A DNA stretch of 64,000 nucleotides, taken from Octopus vulgaris (taxonomy: Eukaryota). The notes under the pieces are model-generated. The model did not search any database. It saw only the letters and a list, made by a program, of their open reading frames with translations, and had not been told where the DNA came from. Below are positions 52,996 through 64,000 of this stretch, in pieces. The position numbers were made by a program, and so were the translations under genes. How positions within the stretch are numbered: the first letter of the stretch is position 1; each line of letters starts with the position of its first letter. The stretch is taken from the NCBI GenBank assembly GCA_951406725.2, contig OX597816.1:16492001-16556000 (forward strand), read 5' to 3'.

Positions 52996-54325
52996 TTCTC
53001 CAGGCTTAAATTAGCATAAGTACTGTTGACATTTAATTCAACTAAAAAATTTTCACTGCAGAACCCCAGCATGGCCACAGTCTAATGACCGAAACAAGTT
53101 AAAAATTTGTGTAGTAACATCACACTTTGACATTGATCTTTTATCTAATTTTATTCAATTTCACTTCATTTTACTCTGTCTTACATTGCATTTTACCTCT
53201 TATGGGAACTTTTTAATGGGATTAAGCAGTTCTTTTTCATACCTCCTTTAAGACACCTGTGTTTTCTGTTGCACATTCATATTTTACCTATTTCTTAAGT
53301 CTTTATACATCTTCAAGCCCAGGATGCCACATCTTCTCATAGTCGATACCAACTCCATTTATCATACTACATATGGTTAATTCCCAACCTTACTTTGTTT
53401 CCATTTCTTTCAATTACTCGAGGCTAGTGGTGGATACATGAATAGATTATGATGCTTTCAGCCTCATCATAGCAGTGTTTCTCAACCTTTTTACCCTTGT
53501 GTAACCCTTAAAATAAATTACATGTCTCAAGGAACCCCTACGGAAACAAAAATTATATACCATACCGTTCTCATGTTTTTTCATTGTGGCTTTATACTAG
53601 TTCATCCTAATCTTATTTTAATTTCATTTTGATTCTTAATTCCATGTTCATTTGGTTTTTAATATTAATATTCTAAATAAGGTACTGAGTTGGTAGCATT
53701 ATTAGCATGCTGAGTAAAATACGTAGAGGCATTTTGATCCTCTTTACATGCTGAGCTCAAATGCTGCTGACACTGAGTTTGCCTTTCATTGCTTCATAAT
53801 TTATGTTCCTAACACTAGCTTAATGATAACGAAGTTGTTTTACTAAATTCTTTGTTATATTTAAAATTAATTGAACGAAACACAGAGCATGTCAAAATAA
53901 ATATGGTAATGAAAGGGTTAAATATAAGTATCATGTGAGCGCTGGGATTGATGAAAAAAAAAAAAAAAATTTCAGACCTTGTGCCTACAGTATAAAAAAT
54001 TATCATCACCCTATATCATCATCATCATCATTGCTATTATTAAAAAGGTGGCATGCTGGCAGAATTATTAGCACACTGGATGAAATGCTTAGTGGCATTT
54101 CACCCGTCGCTATGTTCTGAGTTCAAATTCTGCCGAGGTCAACTTTGCCTTTCATCCTTTCGGGGTCAATCAATTAAATACCAGTGAAACATTGGGGTTA
54201 ATGTAATCGTCTAGTTCTCTCCCACAAAATTTCAAGCCTTGTGCCTATAGTAGAAAGGATTATTATTATTATTATTATTACATATTCATATTTTCATTAG
54301 GAATATTATTATCATATCACTTCCT

Positions 54326-54375
54326 CAGTATAGAAAAGTGGATCTCCTATTCGGGAGATCCACTTTTCTATACTG
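54326..54375. repeat. Perfect 22-bp hairpin with 6-nt loop
   Basis: cagtatagaaaagtggatctcc tattcg ggagatccacttttctatactg. Confidence 0.9.
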
Positions 54376-54789
54376 TCATTTTCATTTTTTACTCTTTTTC
54401 TCATTTGCTTATTGTCTGTTTTGTTGCCAATGATGAAGTGGTTTTATAATTAGCCTACCACTCCCTTTATACCTTCTTCTTCTCCTTCTAATTCAATATT
54501 TGATTTCTATTATTACTGTCTAGGTACTGTCTATCATTCTTATTCTTATTCTTTCTCCTGATATAAGCAACATACAATGCCTGACAGTCACACAATGTGA
54601 GGATGCACCTTTTGATGGAGTGCCACTCTAATGTTTAAAAGTACAAATATTACATCACTTTCCACATCGTACTTTTGTGTGCAATGGTATTAAAAACAGG
54701 GTGGCACCGAAACAGTTGTTACTGGTCATCATAGATATACTAAACTCTGTCTTTGTTCTCACTCAAATAATATATGTGTGCGTATGTAT

Positions 54790-55262
54790 CTATGTGTACA
54801 CACACATGTACAGGCATACACACACTCATATATATATATATATATACACTCACAGATGGATATCTATATTCACATACACACAATATATACATATACATGC
54901 ACACGTATACATGTACATGTATACACACACTCATATATATATATATATAGATAGATATACATACACTCACACAGATGGATATCTATATTCACATACACAC
55001 AATATATACATATACATGCACACGTATACATGTACATGTATACACACACTCATATATATATATATATATAGACTCACACAGATGGATATCTATATTCACA
55101 TACACACAATATATACATATACATGCACACGTATACATGTACATGTATACACACACTCATATATATATATATATATAGATAGATATACATACACTCACAC
55201 AGATGGATATCTATATTCACATACACACAATATATACATATACATGCACACTCATATACACA
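54790..55262. repeat. About 115-bp tandem repeat built from TA/CA microsatellites (about 4 units)
   Basis: cacagatggatatctatattcacatacacacaat recurs at about 54851, 54969, 55076, 55197. Confidence 0.85.
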
Positions 55263-55435
55263 TGTAGATTTGTAAACTTAAATATGTATCTGTAAGAATT
55301 GTAAAGAGAGAGAGAGAGAGAGTGTGTGTGTGTGTGTGTATATCAAAATGCAGCGTTTCAGTTTTGAGAGATGATTATTGATATATTTTATTTTATGACA
55401 GACATTAAATCACTGATAGTGTTCACCTTCCTCGA

Positions 55436-55483
<48 letters not shown>

Positions 55484-56595
55484 TATATAAATATATAGAT
55501 AGATAGAGAGATAGATATACATACATACGCACTGTAATATATCTATTTTGTAAAGCTGAACAGAGAATATGAGAACTAAATCCACAGACTACACACAAGC
55601 AATCACATCTTGTACACACATATGCCAAAAAAAAATATATATATATATATATAAATTAAAATAAAAATAAAACAAAACAAAAACAAACTTTTCCAAATAC
55701 ATTCACAGACTTATGAAAATACAAAAATTAGTACTGGGAAATAAAAGCTTTTGCGAACAAGAAACAGTTTGATAATCACTCTATGAAATATTCTACCCTA
55801 CTGAACTCATATCTTCAATACTGTCCAATCACTTTTTAATATAAAAGAATGTGAAGTACAATACACAATATATAATAAGCGTCAGACATGATAATACGTC
55901 AATAATATTAATATGATAGTAGAAGAGAAAACACAATTTCAGTGAAGTATATGCATCGCATCATGTTTGATGATAATAGACATTTCAAAAAATACTATAG
56001 CATAAATATCCAACGAGTATAGTGTATCACAGATAACTTTCTAATAATAAATCTGAATTTGTTTTCAAATGATGAAATAATCACTTGTGAAATATCATAT
56101 TTGACAATGTATCCAAGAGAATATATATTTATAAATTTGTATATGTGTGAATATTTCCCCGTCAGTCTAGGATATATGATTTTAATGCTTCTTAATTTGA
56201 ATTCACTGAAATAGTGTCATATATATATTTATATATATATATATACTACCATATATATATTGGTATGTGTACATTTAGATATATGTGTGAGTGTGTGTGT
56301 GTATATATACACACACATCCATATATATTGGTATGTGTACATTTAGATATATGTGCATGTGTATATATATATGTATGTATATATAGATATATATAAATGT
56401 ATGTATATATATATATATATAGATAGATGTATATAAATGTATGTATGTATGTGTGTATATATATATATATATTGGTATGTGTGCATTTAGATACATGTGA
56501 CTATATATATGTATATATATGGATATATATATATATATAATATATATGTATATGTATATATATATATCAGTAAATGTATAGATATATATATATAT

Positions 56596-56646
<51 letters not shown>

Positions 56647-58060
56647 GTGTGTGTATAATATATGTATACATAGGCATACACACACATATATATATATACA
56701 TACACACACCCTCGTATACGTGTATAAAACAGTTAATCAGTCAGCTTGGACCACTGCTCTCGGGTAAATTCCTTCCCCTTATCTCTCAATATCATTCGGC
56801 TTGCAGCACCTGATTTCCAACTTTTGTCAGATCCATCCAATTCATCACTCTATCTTGTTCATTGTTATCCTCGGCGGTCTCTTGCGGATTGAACTTGTCA
56901 GATTTTCCATGCACCGAAACCAAAATGTATCAATGGAAAGAAATCAAGAAACACCTTCATATCCACTTGGGATGTGCAGCACACGCTACTGGAAGATCAC
57001 ATCTTGCAAGCCTCATGAACAAAATACCTATACACACATACATATATATACACATGCACAAACACACATATACATACACAGACATACACACACAGACATA
57101 TGTAGGCCAATGCATATTTATTTTGGGGTATTGGAACTTTCAACGCTCCACAAAGACCAGTGATTTTGTGGTTTCACTTCCAGCCTGGGACTCCTCAGAT
57201 TAGAGAATTGAGAAATGGCTATTCTATTTACAGGTGGTGAATTTAGTTTGGGTTGTCTGTGGAGCATGTGGTTTTCTGAAGAAGGTGTTGTTTCTACTGA
57301 TATTTGTTTGTTCTTATCAGTTAAGGCGAGTGGGGTTTTTTGAGGGGTGGGGTGTATGTGCAGATGCTCGTGGCTCTGAGTAGGTGTGGGTTTGTTTGAA
57401 CAGCAGAGATGTTTTTTTTTTTGTCATAAAGCAAACGATTAACAAGGATTTATTTAGGTGGCCAATATTTATATAAAAATGGCAATATTTATCTAAAAAT
57501 GATATTTTGCTTTTTATAGAACTAAAAATGGAAAAGTAGAAAAAAAACTGATAATATAGGCAACATAACTTAAGATGTAGCTGAATAGAACTTTTTTGGC
57601 TTTAGTGTGTTTTCATGTTCATCACTGGTCATTGAATAAAAATAAAAACAACAAACAAAAGTCAGTTAGTTGATAATGTCAATTGAATAGCCAGCTCATG
57701 AGATTAATGTACAACTGGCTGAGCACTCAACAGACATGTGTACCCTTAACATAGTTCTTAGGGAGATTCTGTGTGACACAGAATCTGGCTCTTTGAAATT
57801 ACAGGCACACTCGTTTTTGCCAGCTAACTCGACTGGAGAAATGTGACACAAAATACTTATACATATATATATATGCACACACACACACACACACACATAC
57901 ATATATATACAAATATATACATAGACACACACACACACATATATATACACATATATACATAGACACACACACACACACATATATATATATACACATATAT
58001 ACATAGACACACACACACACATATATATACACATATATACATAGACACACACACACATAT

Positions 58061-58105
<45 letters not shown>

Positions 58106-60423
58106 TACATAGACACACGCATATATAGGCCAAAGAATTTTTATTTGGGGGCATTGGAATTCTCAGTGCTCCACAAAGACCAGTGATTTTGTGGTTTCAC
58201 TCCCAGCTTGGGAATCCTCAGATTAGAGAATTGAGAAATCATCATCATTGTTTAACGTCTGCTTTCCATGCTAGCATGGGTTGGACGATTTGACTGAGGT
58301 CTGGTGAATCAGATGGCTGCACCAGACTCCAATCTGATCTGGTATAGTTTCTACAGCTGGATGCCCCTCCTAATGCCAACCACTCCAAGAGTGTAGTGAG
58401 TTCTTTTACGTGCCACCGGCACGAGGGCCAGTCAGGCGGTACTGGCAACAGTCACGCTCAAATGGTGCTTTTTATGTGCCACCTGCACAGGAGCCAGTCC
58501 AGCGGCACTAGCAATGACCTCGCTCAAATGTTTTTTCACGTACCACCAGCAGAAGTGCCAGTAAGGCGATACAGGTAACGATAATGATGGCTGTTCTATT
58601 TACAGGTGATGGATTTAGTTTGGCTTGTCTGTAGAGAACTGATGAGCTTATGCTTGTAAGCTTAATAACCTAACCACTTAACCACATGCCTTTACATTGA
58701 AGACCATTGAATAAGGGAGAGTGGAGATGAAGATTGGTTTGGGAGGCTGCAGTTGGTGCAGTAAAGTAGGTGCATGTGCAGAAACCATAGATAGGTGTTG
58801 TGGTGTCTTTATACTGGTGAGCTTACTTGCTATCTCTGGTGCCATCAGTAAGATACCTCATTCTTGCTGTGGATGGATACTGCATGATGGTGAAATATCT
58901 GCAAGTTCCAGGTGAGTAGGGAGAGGCCCTGTCAATGACACTCCACTTTTATTAGGGAAGTATGCCCTGATAAAGAACTTCAAGCCACTGGCAACTGCTG
59001 GCAATCCAGTTATTGTGATATTCATTTGAGGTAAAATTGCTTAAAACCTCTTTAACCCTTTTGATACCAACCTGGCTGAAACCGGCTCTGGCTCTGTAGT
59101 ACAAACGCCTTGTTTTCATAAGTTTTGAATTAAAATCTTCCACCAAACCTTAGTCACAATTTATTTTCTTAACACTAGCTGAATGATAACTAAGTTATTT
59201 TATTAAATTCTTTGTTATATTTAAAATTAATTGAAAGAAACACAGAGCATCTCAAAATAAATCCAGTTACAAAAGAGTTAATCATACACATAATATCAAT
59301 GGAAATAGTAGTTGTGATACCTGTGCCGGTGGAACATAAAAAGCACCATCCGAACGTGGTCGATGCCAGACTTCCCTGGCACCTGTGCCGGTAGCATTTA
59401 AAAAGCACCCACTACACTCGCGGAGTGGTTGGTGTTAGGAAGGGCATCCAGCTGTAGAAGCACTGCCAGATCAGACTGGAGCCTGGTGCAGCCTCCTGGC
59501 TTCCCAGACCCCGGTCAAACCGTCCAACCCATGCTAGCGCGGAAAATGGACGTTAAACGACGATGATGATAATGATGATGATAGTACACAATATCATACC
59601 TTTCATTGGTGTATATACATCAAGAATGATACATAGACAAATATTTTTATCTAGTATTGCTTCAAATGTGTGCATCAGATTTTACACACAGACACACACA
59701 CAAGTCTTTGCTTCTGAGAACAATGCTATCACATCCAGATTAAAGTACTCATTATTTGAAGTAATAGGTTATGCTATATTATAGATAACGCCTTTAGAGA
59801 GTTAATCTGTTTCTCAATCAGTGTTAAACAGTGAATAAGAAAAGCAAAATTACTTTACATCTAGCTTTAACCAACATCTATCTGATGTTTGTACATCACA
59901 CACACATACACATATATAATCTGTGTGTGTATGATTGTAAAGTATATGTACATATATGTATGCATATGTATTTGTATATATGTGGTCTCTGTGTATACAC
60001 ATGTACATGCACAAATGAGGACAGGTTTACATTTGCCAGTCTATGCATTTACACATTTGTACAGCTTCAGTTAAATGTTGATTGCTTCAATATAGATATT
60101 TATTTATTTATTCTGTAACTCTGTCTCTTAGTACACAATTTAATGCATACATATCGCAGTATAAGATTTTGTATGGGTTTCTCAAAGACCTGAAGCTGAC
60201 AGTAGTATTAGCTTCAAATTTTGGCTTAAGGCCAGCTATTCTGCGTAGGTGGTCAGTTGATTACATTGACCCCAGTAATCAACTGGTACTTATTTTATCA
60301 ACTGCTAAAGGATGAGAGGAAAACTTGACCCCAGTGGAATTGGAACACAGAATGTAAAACAGATGAAATGCTACCAAGCATTTTGCCTGGCATGTTAACA
60401 ATTCTGCCAGCTTGCTGCCTTAA

Positions 60424-61195
60424 CCCTTTAGTCATTATCATCATCATCATCATCGTTTAACGTCCGTTCTTCATGCTAGAATGGGTTGGACGGTTCGACC
60501 GGGGATCTGGGAAGCCAGAAGGCTGCACCAGGCTCCTGTCTGATCTGGCAGTGTTTCTACAGCTGGATGCCCTTCCTAACGCCATCCACTTCAAGAGTGT
60601 AATGGGTGCTTTTTACGTGCCAGGCGAGGCTGGCAATGGCCATGATTGGATTGGTGCTTTTTACGTGCCACCGGCATGGAAGCAAGTGAAGGCGGCGCTG
60701 GCATCGCCCACGTTCAGATGGTGCTTTTTACGTGCCACCGCCACGGAAGTCAGTCTAGGTGGCGCTGTCATCGGCCACGTTCGGATGGTGCTTTTTACAT
60801 GCCACCGGCACGGAAGCCAGTCTAGACTGACTTCCGTGGCGGTGGCACGTAAAAAGCACCATCTGAACGTGGGCGATGCCAGCGCCGCCTTGACTTGCTT
60901 CCATGCCGGTGGCACGTAAAAAGCACCAATCTGATCGTGGCCATCCGAACGTGTCATCAGCCACGTTCGGATGGTGTTTTTTACTTCACGTTATTCTGTC
61001 AAATGTAATGCTTATTTATTCACATTGTTTTCAATTAATCCTGCATTATCTCGTAGCTTTGAGATTTTGATGAAGTAACTATTCATTTTTAGAATTATAT
61101 AGTAGGGCTGGTGTGAGAGACCAGATCTGACCAATTTAAACATAAAACAAGGGAGAATATTTTGGCCGGATATGGCCGGTTTAAATGCTAAAGGG
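60424..61195. mobile_element. Second piggyBac-type MITE family, interrupted by an RTE 3' fragment (about 60438-60985)
   Basis: TTAA-CCCTTTAG ... CTAAAGGG-TTAA; body matches the partial copy starting at 37234. Confidence 0.75.
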
Positions 61196-61199
61196 TTAA

Positions 61200-62580
61200 G
61201 GCTGACAGTGATACTGACATGAGGCATGCCCATTCTTGGACTTGTGACTTCTACAACACATCAAATTATGAAGGCCATGCATTTGCAATCCAAGAGTAGG
61301 AGATTACCACAAAATACCTAATAAATAAAAGAGACAGTAAAACCTTTAGGACCCTTAGAAACAACTGAAAATGTTGATTATATCATATTTCTTATCTCTT
61401 TATTGCCCACAAGGAGCTACACATAGAAGGGACAAACAAGGACAGACAAAGGGATTAAGTCGATTACATTGACCCCAGTGTGTAACTGGTACTTTATTTA
61501 TTGATCCTGAAAGGATGAAAGGCAAAGTCGACCTTGGTGGAATTTGAACTCAGAACGTAGCGGCATATGAAATACCTATTTCTTTACTACCCACAAGGGG
61601 CTAAACACAGAGAGGACAAACAAGGACAGACAAATGGATTAAGTTGATTATATCGACCCCAGTGCATAACTGGTACTTAATTAATTGACCCCGAAAGGAT
61701 GAAAGGCAAAGTCAACCTCGGCGGAATTTGAACTCAGAATGTAGCGGCAGACAAAATACTGCTAAGCATTTCACCCGGCGGGCTAACGGTTCTACCAGCT
61801 CGCTGCCTTATATCACATTTCTATGGAAACATCCCATTTGTCGTCAGCACCTACACCAAAATGTCAAAGTACTACCTCTCAATGCCACATGTCATCACTG
61901 AAACAATATACAGTTCCATCGTTCCCACCCAAAAAACTTTCCACTGATAAAAGTAGAGGATTCACTTCACCCCAGTTATTGAATACATAGATAAACATCA
62001 ACATGAGGAATATTGATGGAGCATTCTCATCAAAACTGTTACTAAGAGCAAACATAAAAGGATGGATGTAGTTGTTTGGGACAGACAAAGAGAAGCATGT
62101 ACTTCTATAGAGATCATTTGCCCTGCTGATGTGAATATCTCTTAAAAATCAAAGAGGAAGAGGATAACTATGGACAACTGATTTGGCACCAACAGCTTAG
62201 ATTAACCCTTTTATTACCGTATTTATTTTGAGATGCTCCGTTTCTTTCAATTAGTTTTAAATATAACAGAGAATTTAGTAAAATAACTTAGTTACCATTA
62301 AGCTAGTGTTAGGAACATAAATTCAAAACTTAAGAAAACAAGACATTTGTACTACAGAGCCAGAGGCGGTTTTGGCCGGGTTGGTAATGAAAGGGTTAAA
62401 AACTCACAGTTATACCAATAATAATTGGTACACTTGGTTTCATAAGTAAATGCCTAAGGGGCAATCTGGAAAAACTGGGGTTTTCAGAGAAAGAAATCAA
62501 CCATCTAATACTTATGTGATGTAAACAATTTGTCAGTTGAAGAGTAAAGAAATATGCAAGACTTTTTCTTAGGTTCAAAA
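61200..62580 (+). mobile_element. Decayed RLE-type (R4/NeSL-like) non-LTR retrotransposon 3' part, split by a SINE-B dimer (about 61393-61807) and a piggyBac MITE (62206-62395)
   Basis: EGHAFAIQE*EITTKYL..KC, WSILIKT..KHKRMDVVVWD..IEIICPADVNIS, KEEEDNYGQL, VIPIIIGTLG: fits a PD-(D/E)xK restriction-like endonuclease region. Confidence 0.75.
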
Positions 62581-64000
62581 TGTGACTTCATTTTTGTAAA
62601 CTACTTTCCAATGACAGAGCTTTGTATCGTTGTTTGGAACCAGCTCCTTCCATACAGGAAGACTTCAAATAATTAAGAATGTGTGTATTTGTGTGTGTGT
62701 GTGTGAATGCAAAAAGGAAAAGATGCAGTGGGATCACTAGAGAAGATAAATTTCATATGCAGGTATAAGCAGGAATAGCACATGGGAAATAGATTTTTGG
62801 AACGCCTCAAGGCTTCCTATAAGTAATTGATAGTTTTTTAAATCAATTACTGATATGTGTGTGTGTGTACGCATGCATATATAATGGCTATACATATTTA
62901 TGAAGCCTCAGCCAATAGTGATGATGGAAAGGGATTGGTGCATGAGCTAAGCTGTTGCACCGACAGAAGCAATGCTGGAAATGAAGCAGAATATAAACCT
63001 GGTTGGTTGGCTTTTTTGATGTGGATGTAGAGACAGTAACTTAACCACCTCTGCTGTGGCTTTGCCCCACATGCACTTACCACCTCTCCACCCATGGAGT
63101 CTACATGGAAGAAAGACAAGTCAATATGTCAGCAGCATCCATGAAGAGGCAAGGCATGCCAGATAATGGTTAAAGATAGCCATACATATCTACCTTAGGG
63201 TTCGTCCCTCCTCTGGAATTTTTTATAGGGGTTTACTTTCCTTTTTTTTTTTCAAAAATGTTACTCCAGAAAGAAGCAACAGTTTATCATTATAAGTGGG
63301 TATGGTCTGTGTATGGTCTCTTTTACTTGTTTCAGTCATGTGATTGTGGCCATGCTGGAGCACCGCCTTTAGTCAAGCAAATCGCTCCTAGGACTTATTC
63401 TTTGTAAGCCTAGTACTTATTCTATCAGTCTCTTTTGCTGAACCGCTAAGTTACAGAGATGTAAACACACCAGCATTGGTTGGCAAGCGATGGTGGTGGT
63501 GGGGGAAACAGACACACATACATACATATATATATATACATATATATGACGGGCTACTTTCAGTTTCCGTCTACCAAATCCACTCACAAGGCTTTGGTCG
63601 GCCCGAGGCTGTAGTAGAAGACACTTGCCCAAGGTGCCACACAGTGGGACTGAACCGGGAACCATGTGGTTCGTAAGTAAGCTACTTACTACACAGCCAC
63701 TTCTACGCCTATGCTTACCACTCAATTTTTTTGCAATAATTGTGATGAAAAGAGTACTGTCAGTTTGACAGGCAGGACCTTGGGAGAGACATGTGGAGTA
63801 GGCACATGAATGTATCTTGGGTATTCATGTAAGGGTCTTGGGCAATAATGAGAGGTACGAGAATGGCAGTGTACCATCCTTCCAGTAAACCCACTATACC
63901 CTACAAGGTTGGCACTGGACTTAGGAAAGACAGAAGTACAGTGATTCACACATTGGCTAAAGAAGTAGAAAAGATGATTCATCATTCATATGGCAGAGGC

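Noticed and set aside
53473-53545. hAT/Charlie-like left end CAGTGTTTCTCAACC
   Set aside because: No matching right TIR or TSD found, so not called as an element.
51096-58154. Many Y/I/H/T/C/V-rich ORFs (also at 12180-12821 and 27536-27951)
   Set aside because: Translations of (TA)n/(CA)n microsatellites.
63070-63110. Possible 20-nt micro-exon (tag...gtaagt) on the minus strand
   Set aside because: No homology or frame support; such site pairs arise by chance.
63722-63985. Possible upstream VKR exon (87-aa minus-strand ORF)
   Set aside because: No VFT motifs recognised and no convincing splice pair; the next upstream exon probably lies beyond the window.

Overview
AT-rich, repeat-dense eukaryotic genomic DNA, most likely from an octopus (inferred from the SINE/RTE repeat families and the (TA)n/(CA)n load, not proven). 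One protein-coding gene crosses the window on the minus strand. Seven GT-AG exons with consistent phases (45514 down to 86; 1198 nt, about 399 codons) splice into one ORF: the C-terminal part of a GABA-B-like Venus flytrap domain, a single TM helix, and a tyrosine kinase up to the activation loop. This architecture defines a Venus kinase receptor (VKR). The 5' and 3' ends of the gene lie outside the window. Introns are filled with three tRNA-derived SINE families, many 5'-truncated RTE LINE copies with (GAT)n tails, mariner/piggyBac/unclassified MITEs, a decayed mariner transposase and a decayed RLE-type retrotransposon. The most unusual signal is a set of short, often fold-back elements, mostly associated with (TA)n tracts, that carry minimal hammerhead-ribozyme-like folds (Penelope-like/retrozyme type). 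Two have U3-A8 compensatory cores, others have non-canonical cores, and most are oriented so that they would sit in the VKR pre-mRNA. Repeat boundaries are approximate unless TIR/TSD positions are given.
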